A stretch of DNA of 64,000 nucleotides, taken from positions 32,001-96,000 of the forward strand of contig JAHLWP010000007.1 in assembly GCA_019057865.1 (NCBI GenBank), given 5' to 3'. A program made the position numbers and the translations under genes. This DNA comes from Promethearchaeota archaeon (lineage in GTDB: Archaea > Asgardarchaeota > Lokiarchaeia > Sigyniarchaeales > SOKP01). The notes below the pieces were generated by a model. The model was not told where the DNA came from and searched no databases. It saw only the letters and a program-made list of their open reading frames with translations. This document shows, in pieces, positions 39,179-49,905 of this stretch (its first letter is position 1; every line of letters begins with the position of its first letter).

Positions 39179-39961
39179 TTATTGGGAAGTTTTTGCCTTA
39201 TTTCTAATCGTTTTCATATAAATAAGAAATCCTCTGATAAAAAAGATTAATGCAAATAGAAAACTACCAAGAAAAAATATTGAAACAATAATTGAAATTA
39301 AATAATTGGGATTCAGAATTCCAATAATCCCAAAAATTGGACACAGGGGGGCAACAATCAAGAAGGTCAAATAGACACTCTTATCTTTTTCACCAAACTT
39401 TATATAAGTAGTTATATTAAACCATCCGATTAATATCATGAAAAAAGGAATCAAATAAGAAGAAAGTGGGAGAAATGGATAATCTATACCTCCCATTGCA
39501 AATGCATAAAAGTAATTTGCATAAAAAAAAGTAATTAATGATAAAGCACTTAACGGAGTAGGCACCCCGGTATATCCTGGAATTTTAGAGATATTAAATC
39601 TTGCTAACCTGAGTATTGCTCCTAATGCGAAACAAATAGAACCAATCACTATGAAAATGTCTATATATCCACCTGTTTTAAAAGCTTGATAAGTTAAAAT
39701 TGCGGGAGTTATCCCAAAAGTTAAAGAATCACTTAAAGAATCCAATTCCTTACCCATTTCGTTTATTGTACCCGTTTTACGAGCAATATAACCATCTATA
39801 AGATCTGTCCCAAGTGTTATAGATATAAGAAAAAATCCTAAAGATAGAAATTCATGAGTTCCTATACATGCACATACCAAAGCTATAATTCCAAGCGTAG
39901 TACCGATAAGCGTTATATAATCTTTGAATTTCAATAGATTAGGGATACTTGGGGTTGACAT
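39179..39961 (-). CDS. pssA: CDP-alcohol phosphatidyltransferase (archaetidylserine synthase-like)
   Basis: DLIDGYIAR..GKELDSLSD signature plus LRLARFN and GVPTP, typical of PssA. Confidence 0.8.
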   Translation of the reverse strand: MSTPSIPNLLKFKDYITLIGTTLGIIALVCACIGTHEFLSLGFFLISITLGTDLIDGYIARKTGTINEMGKELDSLSDSLTFGITPAILTYQAFKTGGYIDIFIVIGSICFALGAILRLARFNISKIPGYTGVPTPLSALSLITFFYANYFYAFAMGGIDYPFLPLSSYLIPFFMILIGWFNITTYIKFGEKDKSVYLTFLIVAPLCPIFGIIGILNPNYLISIIVSIFFLGSFLFALIFFIRGFLIYMKTIRNKAKTSQ

Positions 39962-40094
39962 TCTATTTTCCTAAATAATTTATTATGTATTAATTAAGCC
40001 TTATTGAATAAAAATATTTTCTTAAGAAAAATGTAAGTCTCCTTCAATTCCTTAAATTTATATAAGAGAGTTACCATTTTTAGCATAATAATTT

Positions 40095-40811
40095 ATGAAA
40101 AAAAATTTTATTCCAATGTATTGTAATATATGTGGAGCGGAAATAAAAGACCCTGATCAAAAATTTTGTGAAAGTTGTGGAAATGAGCTTCCATCTAAAG
40201 CTATTTCTGAACAAGGATCGGCACAAACAACGGTAACTCCGACTACAACGCCCCAACATCGCCCTGGTGGACTGTTTGACATTAACCGGAATTATTACAT
40301 CCTTAAAGAAAAGTATTGGGACTGGGGAAGTGGTGAAATCTTAGATGAGAATAATCAAATAATCGGTAGAATGAAAAGAGTTATCTTAAGCATAAGACGT
40401 AGAGTTGAACTTCAAGAAGTTGATGGTACAATTTCAGCTACAATTCATGCTAAACTTGTATCTGCTCGTGGAGCTCAGGATTTGAAAACACCTGATGGAC
40501 AATTGATAGCAAGAATTAAGAAGAAGATTTTATCGTTATTTCGACCAGTCTTTTATTTGGAGGCCCCTGATGGTACTCAATGGTATAGAGCACAAGGTAA
40601 ATTCATGGGATGGTCCTATAAAGTATATGATGTCTCAACAGGAAAAACAATCGCTGAAATCGAGAAAGCTGATAAATGGAGAGACATCTTTTTTGGTGGA
40701 ATGTTAGATTTTAAGGATACTTATGCTTTAAAAATACTAGATAATGAAACTGATCGAAGGATTTTACTTGGCTTTGTCTTATCAATAGATAATATATTAC
40801 ACGATTATTAA
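40095..40811 (+). CDS. Zinc ribbon + LURP-one/scramblase/Tubby-C domain protein
   Basis: CNICG..FCESCG, then beta-barrel repeats ending DTYALKI..RILLGFVLSID. Confidence 0.8.
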   Translation: MKKNFIPMYCNICGAEIKDPDQKFCESCGNELPSKAISEQGSAQTTVTPTTTPQHRPGGLFDINRNYYILKEKYWDWGSGEILDENNQIIGRMKRVILSIRRRVELQEVDGTISATIHAKLVSARGAQDLKTPDGQLIARIKKKILSLFRPVFYLEAPDGTQWYRAQGKFMGWSYKVYDVSTGKTIAEIEKADKWRDIFFGGMLDFKDTYALKILDNETDRRILLGFVLSIDNILHDY

Positions 40812-40970
40812 TTCCTAATAATTTCATTAATTTTTTTTATTCTTTTTTCTATAACAAATTTATAATTAAAAAAATTTTTATTAATGTATTTTAATATTTT
40901 CTTTAAAAGAACTTTATTCATAGACATAGATTTTTAATTTTTGTAGTATTTCTATAGATGAGAAATCAAT

Positions 40971-41918
40971 ATGACTATAACTTATGAAGAATTTCTAGTT
41001 TTTGATTTAGAGAATGATGGAGAAAAAACGAAATTAGATATAAAACAAGAAGATCTCCAGAACTATTTGAATCCTGAGCAGGTCTTAGTTATCATCCGAG
41101 AAGATTTAAGAAGAATTTATATTTGGAAGGGAGCGAAATCCGCAGTAAGAAAGAGATTTATTAGTTCAAGAGTTGCACGTGATTTACAAAAAGAATTGTT
41201 AGATGATCCTCGATATCATCGCTGTAAAATAGTATCTATAGATCAAGGTGATGAACTCCAAGAATTTTTAGACACTTTTCAACTAGAATCAATGGAAGTT
41301 ACTGAAAGATTACCTGATATGCGATACATACGAAATATCGAACGAGAAAGAATGAAAGAAGCAGAACAAATCGCTAAAGGAAAAACTGAAGACGCTTACT
41401 ATTCACCAGCGCTTCAAGATATAAGTAGCGATGTTGTTATGTCCTCTATCGTTCAAAAACCAAAATTGACTATTGGAATATCTGAAAAAGAGCAAAAACA
41501 AATTAAGAAAAAAATACTTAAAACTGAAGTTCCCCTTGATTATAAGAGACAAAATCTAATTCTTGGTCATACATTATTTGCTGCTGTAACCAAGATTTCA
41601 AAAGTTTTCGATGAAGATGTAGAGGAAATTGTATGGGAGCCGGTTAAGAAAGTTCCAAAAGAAACAATGAATTTAGATAACCATAAATTAAGAGTATATT
41701 TAAATATAAAAAAGGGTATTGTTGAGGCTGTAGAAGTATTAAAAAAAGAAGAAAAGCCAAATCAAAACGCTATACCTAAAAAGATAACTTCGAAACCATC
41801 ACCCACTAAGAGTTCTACTCCTAAGAAGAAGACTTTATTGACTCCAATGCCACCAAAACCTGCCTCGATGAAACAAAATTCAAAAGAGACTGAAACTCAA
41901 GAAAAGCAAGACAAATAG
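40971..41918 (+). CDS. Single-gelsolin-domain protein with C-terminal extension
   Basis: LNPEQVLVI..RRIYIWKGAKS..KRF..A..IVSIDQGDE..FL gelsolin-repeat pattern; Pro/Lys-rich tail. Confidence 0.75.
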   Translation: MTITYEEFLVFDLENDGEKTKLDIKQEDLQNYLNPEQVLVIIREDLRRIYIWKGAKSAVRKRFISSRVARDLQKELLDDPRYHRCKIVSIDQGDELQEFLDTFQLESMEVTERLPDMRYIRNIERERMKEAEQIAKGKTEDAYYSPALQDISSDVVMSSIVQKPKLTIGISEKEQKQIKKKILKTEVPLDYKRQNLILGHTLFAAVTKISKVFDEDVEEIVWEPVKKVPKETMNLDNHKLRVYLNIKKGIVEAVEVLKKEEKPNQNAIPKKITSKPSPTKSSTPKKKTLLTPMPPKPASMKQNSKETETQEKQDK

Positions 41919-42053
41919 GAAATATAATTTAGGTGCAAGTCGAAAATTACCAAAAATCCCTAGTATTAAGTAAAAATTAAAAATTCTCCATTAAATGTAA
42001 ATATCAAATAAATACAAATTAGAACCTATTAATCTCATTATATTATCAGATTC

Positions 42054-42596
42054 TTATTCTTCCCTATTCTCAGGTTTTCCCTTATTCTGATCTTCAGGTT
42101 TGTTTTTCTTTTTAATCTTCCTTAACCCTTCAATAGCCCCTTTCCTTACAAGAGGGCTTACATCTTTAAGAGCTTTTGTTAGAACATCTAAACTATATGG
42201 ATGGTGTAAATCTCCTAACTCGTCAGCAGCTTCCATTCGTACATTCTCATTTGGATCATGTAATAATACATATGTTAATACTCCTAATACTTTTGTCTCT
42301 CCAAAATCACCCAACGTATCAACAGCTTCTCTCCTTACCTCAGCATCAGGATCTGTTGTTGCTGTTATTGCTAGTTGTTTTGAAATTTCATCAGAATTCC
42401 CAATTGGCTCTATAGCGCTTAGATCGACACCACAATACTTGCAAAAATTATGATGGATTTTAATATCATTTCCACAGGCAGGACATATCCTTCGTGTGTT
42501 AAAATCTATGAATGATCTTGTTGGCGGGGCTGATACTTTTTTTACTTTATAAGGATTTACATTTGGATCCGGTCTTAAATATTTATCTTTTCCCAT
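42054..42596 (-). CDS. Zinc ribbon + HEAT-repeat protein
   Basis: CPAC..CKYC; repeats DPDAEVRREAVDTLG, DPNENVRMEAADELG and DVSPLVRKGAIEGL. Confidence 0.88.
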   Translation of the reverse strand: MGKDKYLRPDPNVNPYKVKKVSAPPTRSFIDFNTRRICPACGNDIKIHHNFCKYCGVDLSAIEPIGNSDEISKQLAITATTDPDAEVRREAVDTLGDFGETKVLGVLTYVLLHDPNENVRMEAADELGDLHHPYSLDVLTKALKDVSPLVRKGAIEGLRKIKKKNKPEDQNKGKPENREE

Positions 42597-42705
42597 AAAT
42601 ATCTCAAAATTAATTTAATTCTAATAGGATGAATAATGTAATTTAACCTTTTATTTTTAATTCGATCTAAAATGAAAAAATAAAAAAAAGAAAAAAGGAT
42701 AATTT

Positions 42706-43767
42706 TTATGCAATAGTAATATCCTTACTTAAGTAGACATCTTGTACAGCATTCATGATTTTAATCCCTTCAGGTTTTGACTTTTTAAAAGCTTTTCTCC
42801 CAAGAATTAGACCCATTCCACCAGATCGTTTATTAATAACCGCTGCTTTTACAGCATCTTGAAGGTCATTGCCACCAGATTCACCGCCAGAATTAATTAA
42901 ACCCACTCTTCCCATATAGCAATTTGCCACCTGATATCTATTCCATTCTATAGGGTGATCAGTAGCTAATTTTTCATAGACTAATTTATCCGTTTTTCCA
43001 AAATTTAAGTCTAGGAAACCCCTATTTAGAGTGGATATTTTTTGTTTTATGATATCAGCTTCAATAGTAACGCCTAAATGATTTGCCTGAGACTCCAAAT
43101 CATTAGCAGTATGATAATCTTTTCCATCTTTAATGAATTCTTCTTTATTTCTTAAATAGCACCATAGGACACAAACTAATCCTAGCTCATGAGCATATCT
43201 AAAAGATTCACTAATTTCTTGAATCTGGCGTCTAGATTCTTTAGAACCAAAGTAAATTGTTGCACCTACTGCAGCAGCTCCCATAGTCCATGCTTGATCC
43301 ACATTCGCGAAGAATGTTTGATCCGAAAGTTCTGGTTTTGTAAGTAATTCGTTATGGTTTATTTTTACTATAAATGGAATTTTTCTAGCATACCGACGAG
43401 AAATTGATCCTAAAACTCCTAGAGTGGAGGCAACACCATTACATCCACCATCTATGGCCAATTTAATAATATTTTCAGGATCAAAATAGGATGGATTTAC
43501 AGCAAAACTGGCAGACCCACTATGTTCAATACCTTGATCTACAGGTAATATAGAAAGGTATCCGGTTCCGGCTAGCCGACCACGTTGATTAAATAATCTA
43601 ATCATATTATTTAAAACCAAATTAGTACGGTCTGAATGCTCCATAACTCTTTCAATGAAATCTGGTCCTGGAACATGAATAAGATCCTTCGTGATTCCTG
43701 TACATGTATGATTCAGAAGTCCTTCAGCTTCAGATCCAAGGAGGTTTTTAATCTCATTAAAATCCAT
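42706..43767 (-). CDS. fbaB: Class I fructose-bisphosphate aldolase (DhnA/FbaB type)
   Basis: [29 protein letters not shown] and GLILGRKAF motifs. Confidence 0.95.
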   Translation of the reverse strand: MDFNEIKNLLGSEAEGLLNHTCTGITKDLIHVPGPDFIERVMEHSDRTNLVLNNMIRLFNQRGRLAGTGYLSILPVDQGIEHSGSASFAVNPSYFDPENIIKLAIDGGCNGVASTLGVLGSISRRYARKIPFIVKINHNELLTKPELSDQTFFANVDQAWTMGAAAVGATIYFGSKESRRQIQEISESFRYAHELGLVCVLWCYLRNKEEFIKDGKDYHTANDLESQANHLGVTIEADIIKQKISTLNRGFLDLNFGKTDKLVYEKLATDHPIEWNRYQVANCYMGRVGLINSGGESGGNDLQDAVKAAVINKRSGGMGLILGRKAFKKSKPEGIKIMNAVQDVYLSKDITIA

Positions 43768-43904
43768 TTTTTTATATCATCCTCTTTATTATATTTTAAG
43801 ATTAAAGAAGAAATAATCTTCCTAAAATAAAATATTTTTCCTTCTTAATATTTGCTAATCAATAGTTTTAAGAAGAAGTATGCAAATTGAGCCTTGCAGA
43901 TATA

Positions 43905-44189
43905 TTATTCTGATTTACCATTTGAATTAAAGAATTCTTTTAATAGTTCTGAAAGGAGATTATAATTACTTGAATGAACTTTTGAACTTCCACTTTCTAA
44001 TTTAAGTAAAATTTTTCTTTTTTCTATACCATTAATCTCTAACTTTAATAATAATCTCTTCTTTTGATATTTTAAATTTCTAACATCAGAAGTTTTTTCC
44101 CATAAGTTATCTATCTTTTCTGAAAGAACTTCTTTTTCATTGAAGGGTGGCTTTAATTGATTTCTTTTTATTGTATCTGTTTTTTCCAT
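43905..44189 (-). CDS. Hypothetical protein
   Basis: 94-aa ORF filling an intergenic gap. Confidence 0.5.
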   Translation of the reverse strand: MEKTDTIKRNQLKPPFNEKEVLSEKIDNLWEKTSDVRNLKYQKKRLLLKLEINGIEKRKILLKLESGSSKVHSSNYNLLSELLKEFFNSNGKSE

Positions 44190-44337
44190 TTTTCTAAATT
44201 TATCTTGTAATTACTTGCTTTATTATCTATGAGATATTTTCATCCCGCATTTAAAAACCCCATAATAATTTCGGTTAGAATTTTACCTTATGAATTTGAA
44301 CGAGAAACATTAATTTGTATGAGAATTTTTCATAACT

Positions 44338-44667
44338 ATGCCTAATGAATTCGATTTTAAAAACTACAAATCAATAGAAGACTATGGTAAAACAATGGAA
44401 GGTACAAAATATCTTCATGATTTATATTTAAGGGCGGTTAATCATCCAGTTCGCAGACAAATATTAACTATCGTTAATAATGCTAAAAAAATTTCTAAAG
44501 AAAAATTGTTTAGTATTCTTTTGGACGAAAACGTTATCAATGATGAATTTTCACTCAATTACAATATAGATTACTTGATTAAAGCTTTTTGCATTGAAAA
44601 AATTGAGGAAAAAAGTAAAATTTATTATGAAATCACTCAAAGTGGAAGAGTGATTGATTATTTATAA
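44338..44667 (+). CDS. ArsR-like winged-helix protein
   Basis: AVNHPVRRQIL...LNYNIDYL...YEITQSG. Confidence 0.75.
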   Translation: MPNEFDFKNYKSIEDYGKTMEGTKYLHDLYLRAVNHPVRRQILTIVNNAKKISKEKLFSILLDENVINDEFSLNYNIDYLIKAFCIEKIEEKSKIYYEITQSGRVIDYL

Positions 44668-44684
44668 TAAAGCAACCATTATTG

Positions 44685-45140
44685 CTAATCACCCATCAAT
44701 TTTTTATAGCAATTACAACAAGGGATTCCAAAACTAAAATTAATTTTATTTAATTTCTTACTTCTTAAATTCATGAATTTAATTAACTTTTCTTTTAATT
44801 CTCTTTTATCTTCGTCAAAATATAGTTTCTTTAAATTACGATAATGATTGTATTGATAACAAATAGGGCAAATTTGATAGAATTTTATAAAGCTTGAAAA
44901 AAATTCTTTTTCTTCTTTCGAAAGAGCTTTTAGCTTTAAATCAGGATTATTATCGATAAGATTTCTTAAATTATTTAACTCATTTAACATTTCATCTCTT
45001 AATAATGTTGTATTGATTCTCCGATTTTCCAAATTATTTAATTTTTCGCTTATTAGAATTTCTCGAGTATCTGATTTATCAAAATATTCTATAGCCTTAT
45101 AAAAAAGTGGTAAACGTTTATTTTTCTGCTTTTCTCTCAT
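44685..45140 (-). CDS. Hypothetical protein with CxxC..CCxC zinc site
   Basis: CPIC and GIPCCNC. Confidence 0.65.
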   Translation of the reverse strand: MREKQKNKRLPLFYKAIEYFDKSDTREILISEKLNNLENRRINTTLLRDEMLNELNNLRNLIDNNPDLKLKALSKEEKEFFSSFIKFYQICPICYQYNHYRNLKKLYFDEDKRELKEKLIKFMNLRSKKLNKINFSFGIPCCNCYKKLMGD

Positions 45141-45215
45141 ATAAAAAAATCATTTTTTTTATTCGTATTTCTTTTTTTTCATAAAATATCTAGTTTGGTA
45201 ATCTAAAAAATCTTT

Positions 45216-46511
45216 TTAAAGAAATTTCAAATTTTTCTCATTTCGGTTAAAAATATCATTCTTTTGCTCACTAGTTAATCTCCTGAAGTCAATTACTTTG
45301 GAAGGCGCAAAATATTCAAAATTAAAATCAATATCATCACCTGCAAACTTGCCAGGGATTGGCATCAAGCGCGCTGTTAAAGGTTTATTCAACCTAACAG
45401 AAAGTGTACACAAATCTAATAATATATAAAATAATTCTTTTTCTGTAATATCACCAGGTAGAGGAACAACATCTAGACCTGTACCACAAATCGTAGAGTA
45501 TAACAAGAGAGAATCGATGTTGAATTTATTTTCTGATAATCTTTTGGATATAATATAATCTTCTAATACAGGTTGCATAAAACCTGAAAATCCGATGACA
45601 TTCTCCTTATCAATTGGAATGGAATTATTTATTAATGCTATTCCAGTTAAAGTTCCATTAGCTCCAAAATATTCAATACCTAGTTTTTCTATTGCTGTTC
45701 CTATGCTTTTTTCAATTATGGGATATGGGGCAGGTGAAAAATCAACTCCTTTAAATTCAATATTGAATTTTCTTCCCACTTTTATTGAAATTTTAGTTAA
45801 TTCATCATAGATTTCATTAAATTTCATTAATAAATTGTCTTGTACGTCTTTAAATGTAGTAGAAGAATCAATAACATCAATAATTACATCTGCCATTTCT
45901 AAAGCAAGAGAAAAACCTGATTTTTCAGAAAGGTGATATGCTGCCGGAAAGAAGGGAACGTTTGGTTTAACATTAGATGACACACAGAATCTCAAATTAT
46001 TAAAAGGATCGGGCTCTGAAAGTTTTTTGATTATTTTAGCACTAGACTTTATAGCTGAAATATTAATTCCAGTTTCTGTAGACGCTAAAGGTAAAGATGT
46101 GAAAAAGTTTTCACTATTTTTAATGAACTGAGGTACTTCATTTAATAGTAACTTCTCAAAAATTCCTAACTCTTGAATTTGATTTGCTAACATCATGCAG
46201 CAAGCAAAATAGTCTATATCATAATCCTTGAATATAGCTTGTAAAAAACCTAATTGTTCACTTATATCGACTAATGTTTCTTGTAAATTCTTTTCATAGA
46301 ATAATTTGTTATCATAACTAAAAATTGGTTGTGAACAAACTCGTTTAGTATCAACTAGTATGTTAATATCCTCAAATTGGTTGATAATTTCATTATTAAA
46401 GTTAGTAAAATTTTTAAGTTTTTCTTGTAAATAGGATAGTGTTGTTTCATTCCTATATAAAAATGGTATTTCCTGCCCGATAGTAATTGCTCGAATTCTC
46501 ATATTATCCAC
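45216..46511 (-). CDS. DUF711 family protein
   Basis: IRAITIG, PFFPAAYH, D.SPAP, GFSGFMQPVLED, ICGTGLDVVPLPG and KPLTARLMPIPG motifs. Confidence 0.9.
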   Translation of the reverse strand: MDNMRIRAITIGQEIPFLYRNETTLSYLQEKLKNFTNFNNEIINQFEDINILVDTKRVCSQPIFSYDNKLFYEKNLQETLVDISEQLGFLQAIFKDYDIDYFACCMMLANQIQELGIFEKLLLNEVPQFIKNSENFFTSLPLASTETGINISAIKSSAKIIKKLSEPDPFNNLRFCVSSNVKPNVPFFPAAYHLSEKSGFSLALEMADVIIDVIDSSTTFKDVQDNLLMKFNEIYDELTKISIKVGRKFNIEFKGVDFSPAPYPIIEKSIGTAIEKLGIEYFGANGTLTGIALINNSIPIDKENVIGFSGFMQPVLEDYIISKRLSENKFNIDSLLLYSTICGTGLDVVPLPGDITEKELFYILLDLCTLSVRLNKPLTARLMPIPGKFAGDDIDFNFEYFAPSKVIDFRRLTSEQKNDIFNRNEKNLKFL

Positions 46512-46660
46512 TCTGATATTGAATTTAGAATTTTATTCTCATACTATAATATACAATATCAATTAATAAGATTTATAGAGGAATAGCAATAAAACAATAA
46601 AATACTAACAATTATTATACTAAATTAAAATTTTCTTTTTTAAATAAGATAATAAAAATC

Positions 46661-49054
46661 CTATATTTCATCTAACTTAGCTTTATCTATTGCTTTTTCT
46701 TTTCTTGAAATAGGTTTTGTATATTCTTCTGGACGAATTGGGCCTAAATTTTCTAATTCTTCTTTGAATTCAGTTATTATTTGAGCAAATTTTTCTCCTT
46801 CTCCAGCAGATATACTAGTAATTTTAACACGATTCTCATATATCCCTGTCTCCGCTAACATTTGCTTAATACTTTCATAACGTGTTGTTGCTTTTTTAAA
46901 TCCTTCTTGATAATGACAATCTTGAGGATAACATCCAGCAATTAAAACACCATCTGCACCATAAAAAAAACTCTCAAACACTAAAGAGGGATTCAACATT
47001 GCAGTACACATTACATGAATAATTCTTACATTTGTAGGGTAAGTTAATTTACTTATACCGGCAAGATCTGCCCCCAGATAGGAACACCAATTACAAAGAA
47101 AAGCAATAATAAGTGGAAATTCTGATTTATCTTTTAATAATGAATTTATTTGGGCAGAGATCTGATTTTTCGTGAACCCCGGAATATATAGAGCATCAGT
47201 TGGACACATTGCAGCACACGCTCCACATCCAGTACAATTTGCTTGAATAATATCTAAATGATTCTTTTCAATATTTAGTGCATTGAACATGCATATATTT
47301 TCACATAAACGGCATAAATCACATTTTTCCTCATCAAAACACACTACATGTGGATCTAATTCTACTTTCTTTTTAGAGATTAAACTAATTACTTTAGCAG
47401 CTGCGCTTTCTGCTTGAGCAATACTACTTGGAATATCTTTTGGTCCCTGAATTGCCCCAGCTATATATATCCCAAAAATAGAACTTTCAGAAGGATTTAC
47501 TTTTAAATGCTTTTCTAATAAAAAACCATAAGGACCTTGAGAAATGCCTAAAATTTGACTTAATTTGTCTGTATTTTCTGCTGGCTCAATACCTACTGCT
47601 AAGACTGCTAGATCTGTTTTATTTTCAAATAAAGCATCTTCAGTAACATCTTCTCCTCGAATAATTAACTCTTCAGATGTATCACTCTTTAATATTGCTG
47701 ATATATTACTTCTAATAAACCGTATTCCAAAAACTTCACGTGCCCTGTTATAGAATTCTTCACAATTCTTGCTAATAGATCTAATATCTGTGTAATAAAT
47801 ATTAATTTTAATATCAGGATATTCTTTCTTTAGTAAAATTGCTTGTTTTATTGCAACATTACAACAAACCTGACTACAATATTCACGATGAATCTTTTTA
47901 TTTCGTGATCCAACACATAATACAAATGATACCTTCTTTGGTGGTTGACCGTTGGAAGGTCTTATGATTCTTCCATGGGTGGGGCCATCATTATTAAATA
48001 ATCGTTCCATTTGCATTGTTGTAATTACATCAGAATATTTTTGATAATTTAATTCTCCTAAAATGGATGGATCAAATATCTTTAATCCAGTTGCTACGAT
48101 TATTGTACCAACTGTAATATCTAAAAATTCCGGTTTTTGGTCAAAATCAATTGCAAGTCTATCTCCACACGCTTGAGAGCACGCTTTGCATCCTATGCAA
48201 TACTCCTCTAAAATATATGGAAATAGGGGAATAGCCTGTGGATATGGAACATCTATAGCCTTTCTTGGGAAATATGTATCCACTATATCAATAGGGCACA
48301 CATCACGGCAGATATCAACACAACCTACACAATTTTCTTCCACGATAAATCTTGGTTTCTTTTTAATAGAAACATTAAAATTACCAACATATCCCTCAAC
48401 TTTTTCTACCTCAGAATAAGTTAATAATTCGATATTAGGATGATCTTTAACTTCCGTCATTAATGGTCCAAGAATGCAGATCGAACAATCTAAAGTGGGG
48501 AAAGTTTTATCGAATAGAGCCATATGGCCCCCTATAGTAGGTTCCTTTTCTACAAAATACACTTTATAGCCAGCATCAGCTATAACCATAGCCGCTTTTA
48601 TCCCCGCAATACCTCCACCGATTATTAAGCAGGATGGTAGTACACTTGAATATTGGACTTCTAAAGGTTTTAAGAGTTTAACTTGTTCTATTGCCATATT
48701 AATTTGATCAATTGCTTTTTTTGTAGCTTTCTCTGGTTCATTGGCATGGACCCATGAATTTTGTTCCCTTATATTTGCAAAAGATATTAAAAATCGATTA
48801 ATTCCTGCTTTTTCGATAGTTTTTCGAAATAAAAGTCCGTGTAATTTAAATGAACATGCTGCAATAACAACACGATCGATTTTTTTTTCTTTAATTTCTT
48901 CAATAATTTTGTTTAAACCTAATTCTGAGCATAAGTATTGATCTCCAATAACATGAATTTCTGAATAATTGTTGAAGTGTTCGATTAATCTATTATTGTC
49001 AATAACACCTGAGATATTCCTACCACAATCACACAAAAAAAGTCCTATTTTCAA
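46661..49054 (-). CDS. hdrA: Heterodisulfide reductase subunit A fused to C-terminal MvhD/FlpD
   Basis: CDCG, GGGIAG, DKTFPTLDCSICIL, CVGSR..YCSQVCC and ferredoxin motifs, then FLCNWCSY.GADLAG and ADGVLIAGC..DCHY. Probable TTG start at 49054 after GAGGT (the track extends to 49075). Confidence 0.93.
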   Translation of the reverse strand: MKIGLFLCDCGRNISGVIDNNRLIEHFNNYSEIHVIGDQYLCSELGLNKIIEEIKEKKIDRVVIAACSFKLHGLLFRKTIEKAGINRFLISFANIREQNSWVHANEPEKATKKAIDQINMAIEQVKLLKPLEVQYSSVLPSCLIIGGGIAGIKAAMVIADAGYKVYFVEKEPTIGGHMALFDKTFPTLDCSICILGPLMTEVKDHPNIELLTYSEVEKVEGYVGNFNVSIKKKPRFIVEENCVGCVDICRDVCPIDIVDTYFPRKAIDVPYPQAIPLFPYILEEYCIGCKACSQACGDRLAIDFDQKPEFLDITVGTIIVATGLKIFDPSILGELNYQKYSDVITTMQMERLFNNDGPTHGRIIRPSNGQPPKKVSFVLCVGSRNKKIHREYCSQVCCNVAIKQAILLKKEYPDIKINIYYTDIRSISKNCEEFYNRAREVFGIRFIRSNISAILKSDTSEELIIRGEDVTEDALFENKTDLAVLAVGIEPAENTDKLSQILGISQGPYGFLLEKHLKVNPSESSIFGIYIAGAIQGPKDIPSSIAQAESAAAKVISLISKKKVELDPHVVCFDEEKCDLCRLCENICMFNALNIEKNHLDIIQANCTGCGACAAMCPTDALYIPGFTKNQISAQINSLLKDKSEFPLIIAFLCNWCSYLGADLAGISKLTYPTNVRIIHVMCTAMLNPSLVFESFFYGADGVLIAGCYPQDCHYQEGFKKATTRYESIKQMLAETGIYENRVKITSISAGEGEKFAQIITEFKEELENLGPIRPEEYTKPISRKEKAIDKAKLDEI

Positions 49055-49184
49055 TTTGAGACCTCTTATAAACACTAAATTTTCGCAATCTTATGAATAA
49101 TATAAAGTTGAATTAATATTAATTATTCTAATAATTAGTATAAGATAATCTTGACTTTTCGTAATTATAAAGAAGAACTATGAA

Positions 49185-49790
49185 TTACCTATTAGTTATA
49201 TCATTAGGTAGAAATTTATATACTTTAAATATATTAAAATCATTTTTCTTCATTTTCATGAAAAAATTCTTCTCCATCTCATATTCTTGTTTTGCCCATT
49301 TTATAATATCATCTTTAGAGTAAAAATATCCTTGGTTCTCAAGAGATTTTTGAAGAGCGGGACATCTTTTTGAATAGTCTTTAAAGTTTCTTAAACTATT
49401 TATAAGCATATTCCAACCAATAGGAAAAGCTCTACATTGGAAAGGTCTAGCTGTATGAACAGTACATTTATTATCCTTTAAAAAATGGCAATGTTCATCG
49501 TTACCAGTAAATTTAAATCCTAATGTCTTAAATCGATAAGTTTTACCTTTTTTAGTTTTTGGATTCCTCCAAAAGAAGGTATCATTTATTATTTTCAAAT
49601 ACTTTTTAGTAAATTCTCTCAAACCAGATATTCCTTTTAGATTTAAATGATTGGCAAGCGTTTTAATGTCATTTTTATATAAAAATACTTCGCCTTCGCC
49701 TAATCCTCTACAACAAGTGCCACACATCTTGCAGGAAAAGAAAATTCCATTCTCAAACTTTTTAGAGATTTTAATCTCAGTTGAGGTCAA
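49185..49790 (-). CDS. YkgJ / CxxCxxCC cysteine-cluster protein
   Basis: CKMCGTCC and CHFL..CTVH.ARPFQCRAFP motifs. Confidence 0.9.
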   Translation of the reverse strand: MTSTEIKISKKFENGIFFSCKMCGTCCRGLGEGEVFLYKNDIKTLANHLNLKGISGLREFTKKYLKIINDTFFWRNPKTKKGKTYRFKTLGFKFTGNDEHCHFLKDNKCTVHTARPFQCRAFPIGWNMLINSLRNFKDYSKRCPALQKSLENQGYFYSKDDIIKWAKQEYEMEKNFFMKMKKNDFNIFKVYKFLPNDITNR

Positions 49791-49905
49791 AACTATAATT
49801 TATCTTTTTGTTGTTGGTTTTTAAATAATATACAAATATTTAATTAATATTTAAATATTAATTCATTGATTATTTTAGGCAATAATGAAAGAGGAGTTTT
49901 AGTTT

